A DNA stretch of 64,000 bases from an uncultured Alphaproteobacteria bacterium (GTDB lineage Bacteria > Pseudomonadota > Alphaproteobacteria > Rhizobiales > Hyphomicrobiaceae): positions 309,581 through 373,580 of the forward strand of contig CAWFZX010000016.1 of the NCBI GenBank assembly GCA_963820375.1, in the 5' to 3' direction. The notes under the pieces were generated by a model. The model was not told where the DNA came from. It ran no database searches and saw only the letters and a program-made list of their open reading frames with translations. This document shows, one piece after another, positions 52,745 through 63,067 of this stretch; within the stretch, counting starts at the first letter, position 1, and each line of letters opens with the position of its first letter. The translations under genes and the position numbers were made by a program.

Positions 52745-53296
52745 ATGATCTTCGCCTGGGCAATTTTGATAGCGGTGATCGTGAGTGCCGTGAATGCCAC
52801 GGTTCGTAAGGTTTTTGATACCTCCTCGAACTCGTGGCTTGAGCTGCAATGGGTGTTGTTTGGCGCAGTGTTTTTGCTCTGCTCGCCGTGGACGTTGCTC
52901 TCCAACGAGCATATCCGGATCGACATCGTCAACAATATGTTTTCGAAACGCGTACGCGATGCGATCGACGTATTCGGCCACGTTTTTTTTCTGATGCCAA
53001 TGGCCGCCGTTGTCGCCTACCTGAGCTGGCCGTTCTTTTGGCTTTCCCTGCAACAAAATGAGCAGTCGACCAACGCGGGTGGACTGCCGGTGTATCCGTC
53101 GAAGTTCATCATTCCCGTCGCCTTCACTCTGCTCCTGGTGCAAGGCGTTTCGGAAGTGATCAAAAGGATCGCGGTCATGCGCGGTCAGCTGGCGGATACG
53201 ACCTCTGGCGGCGGGCATCACGCAGCTGCGGAGGCGGAGGCTGCCAGGGTGATAGAAGCGGCCAAACAGGAATTGGAGAACCGCGGCCCGACGTGA
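52745..53296 (+). CDS. TRAP transporter small permease (DctQ family); the N-terminus is probably displaced by a frameshift
   Basis: The ORF from ATG 52745 has typical DctQ blocks (SNSWLELQWVLFGAVFLL, NEHIRIDIV, LLLVQGVSEVIKRIA). The family-typical N-terminus (KNWLNLSRAIDRFNTRVG) is encoded from TTG 52687, 5 nt after GGAGG, in another frame. Confidence 0.8.
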   Translation: MIFAWAILIAVIVSAVNATVRKVFDTSSNSWLELQWVLFGAVFLLCSPWTLLSNEHIRIDIVNNMFSKRVRDAIDVFGHVFFLMPMAAVVAYLSWPFFWLSLQQNEQSTNAGGLPVYPSKFIIPVAFTLLLVQGVSEVIKRIAVMRGQLADTTSGGGHHAAAEAEAARVIEAAKQELENRGPT

Positions 53297-53355
53297 GGTC
53301 GCGCCGGCACTGTCATCCCCCCTAACGTGCAACACCGTCCACCGGAACCCCTCAG

Positions 53356-55131
53356 ATGGCTGAATTCATTGCGCACAACATGGCACCGATCATGTTTGCG
53401 GCGCTCGTCGTTTTCTTGTTGCTGGGCTATCCGGTCGCTTTTTCTCTGGCCGCCTGCGGTTTGATCTTTTTCGTCGTCGGCGTCGAACTGGCACCGTTGT
53501 CGCACGGCGAGATCACGCTCTCTTGGCCGCTGCTGGGCTCACTGCCGCATCGGCTCTACGGCATCATGAACAACGATGTGTTGTTGGCGATACCGTTCTT
53601 TACCTTGATGGGTTTGGTGCTCGAGCGCTCCGGCATGGCCGAGGATTTGCTCGATACCATCGGCCAGTTGTTTGGCACCGTCCGGGGCGGGTTGGCTTAC
53701 GCGGTGATTTTTGTCGGTGCCCTGCTCGCCGCCACCACCGGCGTGGTGGCCGCCTCCGTGATCTCGATGGGCCTGATTTCGCTGCCGATCATGCTGCGCT
53801 ACGGCTACGACCGGCGGGTCGCTGCCGGCGTGATCGCGGCCTCCGGCACCTTGGCGCAAATCATCCCGCCATCGCTGGTTCTGATCGTCATGGCAGATCA
53901 GCTCGGGCGCTCGGTCGGCGACATGTACGAAGGCGCCTTTATTCCCGGCATCGTGCTGGCCGGCCTTTATGCCAGCTATGTGTTTATCGTTACGCGCATC
54001 GATGCCAAGGCGGCTCCGGGTCTGCCGCCGGATGCCGTTGGCTTTCGCAAACCGAACGGCGGGCGTGGCTTGCCATCGCTTGCCATTCTGGCCGTCGTGT
54101 CCGGCACGATCGGCTATCTGTATCTGCGGACACTGACCTACCGCGGTGCCGATTTCGTGGTGCTGACCATGGCCGTGGGCATCGTGGTGGCCTTTACCGC
54201 GGCGGTTGTGAACTGGATCCTCGATAAGGTCACCGGGCTCAGGTTTCTCTCGCCGCTCGCCCAGCAGGTCACCTTTGTGATGGTGCCGCCGCTGTTTCTG
54301 ATTTTTCTCGTCCTGGGCACCATTTTTATCGGCGTGGCCACACCCACCGAGGGAGGCGCCATGGGAGCGTCAGGCTCAATCCTGCTGGCGATCTTCAAAC
54401 GCTGGCTCGATGGCAATCCCAACCGTTTCAACATGGTGCTGCTGAGGTCGGCGGTGGAAGCGACGGCCAAGCTTTCGGCGTTCGTCGTCTTCATTCTGAT
54501 CGGGGCGCGCATCTTTTCGCTGACCTTTTATGGCGTCAACGGCCACCTTTGGGTCGAGCACCTGCTGACCTCGCTGCCGGGTGGCCAGCTTGGCTTCTTG
54601 GTTTTTGTCAACGTGCTTGTGTTTCTGCTGGCCTTCTTCCTGGATTTCTTCGAGATCGCCTTCATCATCATTCCGCTGCTTGGGCCGGCGGCCGAAAAGA
54701 TGGGCATCGACCTCATCTGGTTTGGCGTCATCCTCGGCGTCAATATGCAAACCAGCTTTATGCATCCACCCTTTGGATTTGCTCTTTTCTATCTGCGCTC
54801 GGTGGCCCCCAGAGAACCCTTCAAGGACCGCGTCACCGGTCTCATGACGCCTCCCGTAACGACGGGGCAGATTTATTGGGGAGCGGTGCCCTTCGTGGTG
54901 ATCCAATGCATCATGGTGGCGCTCGTGATCGCCTTCCCCGCCATGGTCATGCACTACAAATCGGTCGGGCAAACCACCGATCCGAGCACGATCGAAATCC
55001 AACTGCCGCCGCTGGGGCCAAGCCCATTTGGGCCCGGAGGCCAGTCCTCACCGTTTGGAGGACCATCCGGCCTGTCGCTGCCGCCACCGCCAACGTTTGA
55101 TCTCGGCAAGCCGCCGGACATAAAGAACTAA
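53356..55131 (+). CDS. TRAP transporter large permease (DctM family), long form with a Pro/Gly-rich tail
   Basis: 591 aa, many TM segments. DctM blocks (IPFFTLMGLVLERSGMAEDL, GVVAASVISMGLISLP, SGTLAQIIPPS). C-terminal QLPPLGPSPFGPGGQSSPFGGPSGLSLPPPP. Confidence 0.85.
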   Translation: MAEFIAHNMAPIMFAALVVFLLLGYPVAFSLAACGLIFFVVGVELAPLSHGEITLSWPLLGSLPHRLYGIMNNDVLLAIPFFTLMGLVLERSGMAEDLLDTIGQLFGTVRGGLAYAVIFVGALLAATTGVVAASVISMGLISLPIMLRYGYDRRVAAGVIAASGTLAQIIPPSLVLIVMADQLGRSVGDMYEGAFIPGIVLAGLYASYVFIVTRIDAKAAPGLPPDAVGFRKPNGGRGLPSLAILAVVSGTIGYLYLRTLTYRGADFVVLTMAVGIVVAFTAAVVNWILDKVTGLRFLSPLAQQVTFVMVPPLFLIFLVLGTIFIGVATPTEGGAMGASGSILLAIFKRWLDGNPNRFNMVLLRSAVEATAKLSAFVVFILIGARIFSLTFYGVNGHLWVEHLLTSLPGGQLGFLVFVNVLVFLLAFFLDFFEIAFIIIPLLGPAAEKMGIDLIWFGVILGVNMQTSFMHPPFGFALFYLRSVAPREPFKDRVTGLMTPPVTTGQIYWGAVPFVVIQCIMVALVIAFPAMVMHYKSVGQTTDPSTIEIQLPPLGPSPFGPGGQSSPFGGPSGLSLPPPPTFDLGKPPDIKN

Positions 55132-55287
55132 CGGGCCCAAGGGGCGTCCCGTCGCGACCGCTTCGGCGCGCTCGGGGCACGTCGGCCGTTGCCAGAGCAA
55201 ACGATCGGGCAAAGCCGCCGACCAGGCCTTCGTTTGGCGATCGCGGGCCCCCCGGGGGCAATGGCATTGCTTGTGAGGGCGCAGCCA

Positions 55288-55710
55288 TCAGCTGGGCGCG
55301 CTTGGAGCGGCGGGCGGCGGTTCGTCGTGCGCGCAAGCGCGTTCGACCAGAAGCACGGTTGCCTTTGCCGCCGCCACCTTGACCTCGGCGCCACACGGAA
55401 GATCCGGGCCCTCCACCTGCCAGAGCGTATCGCCGACCCGCACGCGGCCCCGCCCACCTTCAATCGCCTCCGCCACAATCAAGACGCGGCCGATCAATTG
55501 GGCGCTACGCTGGTTGAGGTCGGGCTGATCGCTTTTTGAGACGGCCGGGTGCGCCCAGACGAAGTCGATGGCGATGTCGGCGATGATGGTGGCGAGCCCC
55601 GCCAGCAACAGCCACCACCCCATCCGCTCGCCGCCGGCGAGGCGAAACGCCCCGACGAGGCAAAGTCCGGCGCCGAGCCAAGGCAAGGCCAGGCTGATGG
55701 TCGCCAGCAT
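55288..55710 (-). CDS. NfeD family protein (paralog 2)
   Basis: TM N-terminus plus a C-terminal OB-fold block GRGRVRVGDTLWQVEGPDLPCGAEVKV. The start is ATG 55710 or GTG 55749. Confidence 0.7.
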   Translation of the reverse strand: MLATISLALPWLGAGLCLVGAFRLAGGERMGWWLLLAGLATIIADIAIDFVWAHPAVSKSDQPDLNQRSAQLIGRVLIVAEAIEGGRGRVRVGDTLWQVEGPDLPCGAEVKVAAAKATVLLVERACAHDEPPPAAPSAPS

Positions 55711-55735
55711 CCAGGCAAAAACGCCGGGATCCTGT

Positions 55736-56194
55736 CTATGCCGAGCCACGCTCAACGACCAAAATGGTTCCTCGGGTGGCGGTGACCTTGACCCAGGTGC
55801 CAACGGGCAGATCCGGTCCCTCGGCCTGCCACAGGGTGTCGCCGACGCGCACCTTGCCGCGACCGTTCTGGATGGCCTGTTCGACGATCAACTGACGGCC
55901 GATATATTGCTGACCACGTTCATTGAGATTGGGCAGGTCGCTGCGGGCCACATCCGGCCGCACGTAGCGCCGCACCCAGAAGACGGTTGCCACGGCCAGG
56001 ACGCCAAAAGCAATGACCTGCCAGGGCCAGGTGATACCGGTGAGGAGGGCCAGACCGCCGACCACGATGGCGGCGATCCCAAACCACAGAAAATGGACAC
56101 CGGGGAGGAACGTTTCCAAGGCGAACAGAATGGCGCCGAGAATGAACCAGTTCCAGGCACCGAAGCCGGAGAGGAAGGAGTACAAGGAGGGCAT
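55736..56194 (-). CDS. NfeD family protein (paralog 1)
   Basis: MPSLYSFLSGFGAWNWFILGAILFALETFLPG... plus GRGKVRVGDTLWQAEGPDLPVGTWVKV. Confidence 0.75.
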   Translation of the reverse strand: MPSLYSFLSGFGAWNWFILGAILFALETFLPGVHFLWFGIAAIVVGGLALLTGITWPWQVIAFGVLAVATVFWVRRYVRPDVARSDLPNLNERGQQYIGRQLIVEQAIQNGRGKVRVGDTLWQAEGPDLPVGTWVKVTATRGTILVVERGSA

Positions 56195-56236
56195 TTTGTT
56201 TTGTCCTGGCCGCGCGCGCTGGAGCGCCCGCACACG

Positions 56237-57226
<990 letters not shown>

Positions 57227-57384
57227 GAAAAAACCTGCCGTCCAGAGTTGCTGGCTATTTAAGCGTGAACTGCGGCAAGTTTTAGGGTAGGAAGGCAAAG
57301 GAGCGGTAAATGACCGATTAACGGATAATAAATTCAGCAGCATTTTCAGCTGTTAAGACTGCGTTGGCAATTGCCGCCAAGCTT

Positions 57385-58488
57385 TCAAATCCAGCCGCCT
57401 AATTCCCGGCGTACGATCTGTTCAATGACGAACATGCCAAGCGCGCTGTCGTTGAGACAGGGCACGACGGTAAAGCTTTCACCACCGTTGGCCAGGAACA
57501 CGGCGCGATTTTCCATGTCCAGCTCTTCCAGGGTTTCAAGGCAATCGGCGGCAAAGCCAGGGGCGATCACCGCCAGGCGCCGCACGCCAGCCTTGGCGAG
57601 ACGCTCGACGGTTTCGATGGTTGCGGGCTCCAGCCAGGCATCGCGGCCGAACCGTGATTGAAAGGTCGTGTGCCAGCGCTGCGCGGGCCAGTTCAATTTC
57701 GCGCGCAGCAATCGAGAGGTCTCCTGGCAGTGCCTGGCATAAGGGTCGCCCAGCTCCACGTTGCGCTTGGGCATGCCGTGAAAGGAGACCAGCACGCCTT
57801 CAGGCTCCTGGTCGAGCCCGGCGATGCTCTGGCGCAGAGATTGTTGCAAAGCCTCGATGTAGGCTGGATGGTCGTAGTAGGGCGGGACGACGCGGACGGC
57901 CGGCTGCGATCGCAGTTGCATCAGGACACGGAAGGCCTGATCGCAGGCACTGGCGGTGGTGGCGGCGGCATACTGCGGATAGAGCGGCAGGAGCAAAATC
58001 CTGTCGCAGCCGCGCTGTTGTAGACGGGCGATCCCCGAGCCGGTCGACGGATTGCCGTAGCGCATGGCCCAATCGACGACGATGCCATCTTGCGCCAGGG
58101 CGGCCGCCAGCTTTTCGCTTTGCGATCGGGTTATGGTTTTGAGGGGGCTTTCATCGCCTTGCCGATTCCAAATCTTATCGTAATCCTTGCCCTTTCTGGC
58201 GGGCCGAAACGGCAGAATGACGAGATTCAAAATCGGCCACCACTTGAGGCGCGGGATTTCGATGACGCGCGCATCGGACAGAAATTCATTGAGATAACGG
58301 CGCATGGGCCAATAGCTGGTGGCGTCGGGAGTGCCGAGATTGAGGAGCAGCACGCCGATCTGGCCACGCCGCGCGACGGGGTCGACGGGGCCAGCCGCTT
58401 GCAGAGAGCCTTGCGCGTCCGGCGCGTTCACTTGGGGCCTCACTGGTTCTAGCCGGGCGCATCGGGCCGGCAGCGGCGCTAGCGGCAA
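57385..58488 (-). CDS. hemH: Ferrochelatase
   Basis: IGVLLLNLGTPD, RYLNEFLSD.RVIE, LLPLYPQY, SFHGMP. The exact start is uncertain. Confidence 0.9.
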   Translation of the reverse strand: MPLAPLPARCARLEPVRPQVNAPDAQGSLQAAGPVDPVARRGQIGVLLLNLGTPDATSYWPMRRYLNEFLSDARVIEIPRLKWWPILNLVILPFRPARKGKDYDKIWNRQGDESPLKTITRSQSEKLAAALAQDGIVVDWAMRYGNPSTGSGIARLQQRGCDRILLLPLYPQYAAATTASACDQAFRVLMQLRSQPAVRVVPPYYDHPAYIEALQQSLRQSIAGLDQEPEGVLVSFHGMPKRNVELGDPYARHCQETSRLLRAKLNWPAQRWHTTFQSRFGRDAWLEPATIETVERLAKAGVRRLAVIAPGFAADCLETLEELDMENRAVFLANGGESFTVVPCLNDSALGMFVIEQIVRRELGGWI

Positions 58489-58505
58489 ACCTGCGCCAGT
58501 CGACG

Positions 58506-59828
58506 TTAGTCCTCCTTGCGCGCCGTGGCCCGACCCACACTCACATAGGTGAAAGCCTGGCGCGCCATTTCTTCTGGTCGATAGATGTTGCGCAAATCGA
58601 CAAGGATGGGGTTTTTCAGTTTTGCGCGCACCCGATCAACATCAAGCGCACGAAACTCGTCCCATTCGGTCAGGATGACAAGGGCATCGGCGCCGTCGGC
58701 ACAGGCGTAGGGGTCGCTGGAATATTCGACATTGTCGAGCAGGCTTTTCGCCTGCTTCATGCCGGCCGGGTCGTAGGCGCGTACTTTGGCCCCGGCGTCC
58801 TGCAGCGCCGTGATCACGGCGATCGAGGGCGCATCGCGCATGTCATCGGTGTTGGGCTTGAAGGTCAGCCCCAGCACCGCGATCGTTCGGCCGCGCACGT
58901 TGCCGCCGCAGACGTCGATCACTTTGCGTGCCATGGCGCGCTTGCGCTGATCATTGACGGCGATCACGGTCTCGACAATACGGCTCGGTACGCCGAAGTC
59001 GTGCCCGGTCTTCATCAGGGCCATGGTGTCTTTGGGAAAGCAGGAGCCGCCGAACCCGGGCCCGGCGTTCAAGAACTTGGCGCCGATTCTGTTGTCGAGG
59101 CCGATGCCGCGCGCCACGTCCTGGACATCGGCACCGGTCCGTTCGCACAGATCGGCGATCTCGTTGATGAAGGTTATTTTCGTGGCCAGGAAGGCATTGG
59201 CCGCATACTTGATGAGTTCGGCGGTGCGTCGGTCCGTGAACAACATCGGTGCCTGATTGAGATAGAGCGGGCGGTAGACGTCCGTCATCAACTTGCGGGC
59301 GCGGTCGTCTTCGGCACCGATGACAATGCGGTCCGGGCGCTTGAAATCGCTAATCGCCGCCCCCTCACGCAGAAATTCCGGGTTGGAAACGACGGAGAAC
59401 GACAGCTGCGGCCGCGCCTCTGCAATGATGCGGGCCACCTCGTCGCCGGTACCGACCGGCACCGTCGATTTGGTCGCAATCACCTTGTAGCCATCGACCG
59501 CGGCGGCGATGTCCCTCGCCGCTTGGAAGACATAGGTCAAATCGGCGTGGCCGTCACCGCGTCGCGATGGCGTCCCCACGGCGATGAAAATGGCCTCGGC
59601 CGTATCGACCGGTGTGCTGAGGTCGGTGGTGAACGACAGCCGCCGTTCGCGCACGTTCTTGGCGACCAGATCGGCAAGGCCGGGCTCGAAGATCGGAATT
59701 TCGCCCTGCTGCAGGGCGGCGATCTTGCCACTATCGTTGTCGACGCAGGTGACGATGTGGCCAAAATCGGCGAGGCAGGCCCCCGAGACCAAGCCGACAT
59801 ACCCCGTGCCGATCATTGCGATGCGCAT
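58506..59828 (-). CDS. ugd: UDP-glucose 6-dehydrogenase
   Basis: MRIAMIGTGYVGLVSGACLADFGH, GGSCFPKD catalytic Cys. 440 aa. Confidence 0.9.
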   Translation of the reverse strand: MRIAMIGTGYVGLVSGACLADFGHIVTCVDNDSGKIAALQQGEIPIFEPGLADLVAKNVRERRLSFTTDLSTPVDTAEAIFIAVGTPSRRGDGHADLTYVFQAARDIAAAVDGYKVIATKSTVPVGTGDEVARIIAEARPQLSFSVVSNPEFLREGAAISDFKRPDRIVIGAEDDRARKLMTDVYRPLYLNQAPMLFTDRRTAELIKYAANAFLATKITFINEIADLCERTGADVQDVARGIGLDNRIGAKFLNAGPGFGGSCFPKDTMALMKTGHDFGVPSRIVETVIAVNDQRKRAMARKVIDVCGGNVRGRTIAVLGLTFKPNTDDMRDAPSIAVITALQDAGAKVRAYDPAGMKQAKSLLDNVEYSSDPYACADGADALVILTEWDEFRALDVDRVRAKLKNPILVDLRNIYRPEEMARQAFTYVSVGRATARKED

Positions 59829-60069
59829 GCCTCGTGTCCCTCAAAGCGTCGGATCGTCGGGTTGGCTTGGCGACGACCGGCCAATGCGTTGCGGGTGCTA
59901 CCCGCGCACAGCGTTTGCCTCAGCTGGGCGTTGGGGCCACCCAAAGGCGACTAGCAAACGCCCCCGTCACATGCAACCTCAACCTGGCGACTGGCCCCGC
60001 CCCGGGCCGGCCCGGCCGCTGCGGGGCCGGTCGCGCACGCCGCGCGCGCCCCAGTCTTGAGACCGTCGT

Positions 60070-61116
60070 TCAATCGGGCGGCCGTTTGCGGCTCTGCCGC
60101 CGAGTGGCGGTCTTGCTGGAGGCGGCGCGCAAGCCTGGCGTGCCGGGGCGCGCGAGGCTGCGCTGGCTGGCCGCCCTTCGTGCCGGGCTTTGCAGTGGCT
60201 CTCGGGGGGGAGGCAACAAGCTCGTGAGCTCCTCGGCTGCCTGCCAATAGCGCACGATGCGCTTGGTGAGTTGGCGCGGACGGTCCGCATAAAGGCGCTC
60301 GCCATGCGGCTTGGCGATGTCTCTGATCTGGCGCTGGCAGCTGAGGCAGGCCGCCGTCAAGGCGGCCATATCCTCCGCCGAGAGGTCGGCGCTGCCCGTA
60401 GCCTGGGCAAACCCAAGCAGCACCGAGAGATCGTGATCCTCGCCCAGCAAGCGGGACAGTTCCTTGGCTTCGGCCGCGCGCGCGCCGATGCTTTCGGGCC
60501 AGCTGCGTGCCAGCAATTGCATATGGCGCCAATGCGCTTGCGTGGCTTTGCGCCAATTGTGGAAGGCTTCATCGGTCTCGGACGCGTAAGCGTCTTGAAA
60601 GGCGCGCCGCGCCTTGCGGTAGCTTTGCTGCAATCCCTGCGCGATGACTTGCAAATCCGTGCGGCGAAGCCGCTCGGCGGCGAACAGTTTTTCGGCGCTG
60701 CGCAAACTCGTGGTCACGCTGCGATTGGAACCGGACGCGACCGCGGCATTGGCCTCGCTGCGTGAGTGGGCAACGCAGCGTCGCAGGCGGTCTGCCACGC
60801 CCTTGGGCAGGCCGCCGGCGCCGTTCTCGAGTTTGGACACGGTGACGACCATGACGTCGAGGTCGCGGCTGCGGGACAGCCGCTGTCCAAGCTCGGCGAG
60901 CTGGCGGTTGCTTTGCTTGAACCAGGTCTCGCCCAGTGCGGGCCGGACCAGGCGGAGCATGGCGCGCAACCGCTTTAGCGATCGGCGCGCATCGTGCACG
61001 GCCGCGGCCCGGTCGTCATGCCGGCCAAGCGCAGTGCGCGCGATTTCAATTTGCTCCAGCGCAATGCGGCGCACCTCCAGTGCCAAGTGTGCTTTTAGCT
61101 TGAGACGGTACGCCAT
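60070..61116 (-). CDS. CHAD domain-containing protein
   Basis: Helical protein with CHAD-type repeats (VHDARRSLKRLRAMLRL, FHNWRKATQAHWRHMQLL). Basic low-complexity tail. Confidence 0.65.
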   Translation of the reverse strand: MAYRLKLKAHLALEVRRIALEQIEIARTALGRHDDRAAAVHDARRSLKRLRAMLRLVRPALGETWFKQSNRQLAELGQRLSRSRDLDVMVVTVSKLENGAGGLPKGVADRLRRCVAHSRSEANAAVASGSNRSVTTSLRSAEKLFAAERLRRTDLQVIAQGLQQSYRKARRAFQDAYASETDEAFHNWRKATQAHWRHMQLLARSWPESIGARAAEAKELSRLLGEDHDLSVLLGFAQATGSADLSAEDMAALTAACLSCQRQIRDIAKPHGERLYADRPRQLTKRIVRYWQAAEELTSLLPPPREPLQSPARRAASQRSLARPGTPGLRAASSKTATRRQSRKRPPD

Positions 61117-61201
61117 ACGGAGAAAATGGGCTGGCTATGCGCCGCGCCTGCTCATCCCATGCTGCCATTGATCAAAGGTGTCATCACGCCAACACGCATC
61201 G

Positions 61202-61837
61202 TTACGCAGGCCTCCGCGAGAGGTGCGCACGCGACAAGGCGATCCATTCGCGCACGCGTGCTGTCGGATTTGCATGCGTATAAAAATCGGTAATGACGGC
61301 GATACTGTCGGCACCGGCGGCCAAAACCTGATCCGCGCGCTGCGGGGTAATGCCGCCAATGGCCACCAGCGGGAGGGGGCCAATTTGCTCTTTCCATTGG
61401 CTGATACGTTGCAGGCCCTGCGGCGCCCATTGCATGACCTTGAGTTTGGTCTCGTAAATCGGGCCAAGCGCCACGTAGGTTGGCTCGGCTGCCAGGGCAA
61501 TGCGCAACTCCTCTTCACTATGCGTACTGATGCCGAGGCGTGCGGACTTGGCCTGGATGGCGCCGATGTCGGCGCTGGCGAGGTCTTCCTGCCCCAGGTG
61601 AATAAAATCAGCTCCCAGCTCGAGGGCCTCGCGCCAATAATCGTTGACGATCAATTGGCAACGATAGCGGGCACAGATTTGCAAGCTTTCTGCGATTTCA
61701 CGGCGAATGCGGTCGGGTGCGGCATCTTTCAGTCGCAGTTGAATGGTCTTCACCCCGAGCGGCACCAGACGCGCCAGCCAATCGAGGTCGGGAACGATGG
61801 GATAGAAGACGTCGAGGCGATCTGCTGGCGCGGGCAT
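61202..61837 (-). CDS. thiE: Thiamine-phosphate synthase
   Basis: 211 aa. VKTIQLRLKD, LIVNDYW..A, GADFIHLGQEDL, AIGGI. The ATGA overlaps the thiG stop. Confidence 0.85.
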   Translation of the reverse strand: MPAPADRLDVFYPIVPDLDWLARLVPLGVKTIQLRLKDAAPDRIRREIAESLQICARYRCQLIVNDYWREALELGADFIHLGQEDLASADIGAIQAKSARLGISTHSEEELRIALAAEPTYVALGPIYETKLKVMQWAPQGLQRISQWKEQIGPLPLVAIGGITPQRADQVLAAGADSIAVITDFYTHANPTARVREWIALSRAHLSRRPA

Positions 61838-62661
61838 CAGGATTTGCCCAGGCCAAAGAACGGTGTGCCGGCGACGGGCGTCGATGGCGCGGCGGTATCG
61901 CGCGTTTCCATGAGGCCGGCTTCGAACGCGGTTCGCCCGGCCGCAATGGCGGCCGCGAAGGCCCCGGCCATGCGGACGGGATCAGCGGCGCGCGCCACCG
62001 CCGTGTTGAGCAGGACGGCATCGAAACCCATCTCCATGGCCGCCGCCGCGTGCGAGGGCGCGCCGATGCCGGCATCGATGATCAGCGGCGTGTCGGGAAA
62101 GTAGGTGCGCAACGACCGCAGGGCGTAGGGGTTGGCGAGCCCGCGCCCCGTGCCGATTGGGGCGGCCCATGGCATCAGGACCTCGCAACCCGCTGCGCGC
62201 AGGCGTTCGGCGGCGATGAGATCCTCCGTGGTATAAGGAAAGACCTTGAAGCCATCGCTGATCAGGACGCGGGCGGCCTCGAGCAGGCCGAACAGGTCCG
62301 GCTGCAGGGTATCATCGTTGCCGATGACCTCGAGTTTGACCCAATCCGTGCCGAACAACTCCCGCGCCATGTGCGCCGTTGCAATCGCCTCGCGCGGCGT
62401 GCGGCAGCCGGCGGTGTTGGGCATGACGCGCACATTGAGACTGCGGACCAATTCGAAAAAGCCCATGCCCGAATTGGCTCGCGCCGACTCCCGGCGCACC
62501 GAGACCGTCACGATGCCCGCGCCGGCGGCCTTGACGGAATCGGCCATAATTTTCGGGGAGGGGTAAAGAGCCGTGCCCAGCAGCAGACGAGAGGAGAGGC
62601 TCACGCCGTAGAGGCTAAGAGACGGTGGCGTCGTCAGCGGGTCTGGCCGTGCGGTCGTCAT
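61837..62661 (-). CDS. thiG: Thiazole synthase
   Basis: [47 protein letters not shown]. Confidence 0.9.
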   Translation of the reverse strand: MTTARPDPLTTPPSLSLYGVSLSSRLLLGTALYPSPKIMADSVKAAGAGIVTVSVRRESARANSGMGFFELVRSLNVRVMPNTAGCRTPREAIATAHMARELFGTDWVKLEVIGNDDTLQPDLFGLLEAARVLISDGFKVFPYTTEDLIAAERLRAAGCEVLMPWAAPIGTGRGLANPYALRSLRTYFPDTPLIIDAGIGAPSHAAAAMEMGFDAVLLNTAVARAADPVRMAGAFAAAIAAGRTAFEAGLMETRDTAAPSTPVAGTPFFGLGKS

Positions 62662-62670
62662 GAGCCTGCC

Positions 62671-62874
62671 TCAGCCACCCTGCCGTGGGGATACGATTTC
62701 AATGTGATCGTCGCCGACCAGCACCGTGGCCGGGCGGGCGCTGCGCGGCACAAAATCGCCGTTGACCGCCGTTGCCACGCCGGTGTCAGCAAATCCGAAC
62801 TGAGCCACCAGCTCAGCCAAGGTCCCAGCGCTGGTCACGGTCGCCTCGCCGTTGACGAAAACTCTCAGTTGCAT
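62671..62874 (-). CDS. thiS: Sulfur-carrier protein ThiS
   Basis: 67 aa, ubiquitin-like, ends in ...IEIVSPRQGG (C-terminal GG). Lies directly upstream of thiG. Confidence 0.85.
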   Translation of the reverse strand: MQLRVFVNGEATVTSAGTLAELVAQFGFADTGVATAVNGDFVPRSARPATVLVGDDHIEIVSPRQGG

Positions 62875-63067
62875 AAGGGGTGTCTAGGGTTGCCGCGATG
62901 CTGCCAGATATTTGCGATGGCCTGGGTTGGGATGCAAGCGCCGGCGGGCGCGGCGATGGCGATCGCGCCAATTCTTTGCGGTTGGCGGGCTGCGGGCGTA
63001 AGTGAACGATGTTTATTTGCTGTTGTGGCTGCGACATCGCACATTGCCAGGATTGGATAGGCCCTCC

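Noticed and set aside
61717-63060. 447-aa plus-strand ORF
   Set aside because: It is antisense to thiE, thiG and thiS.
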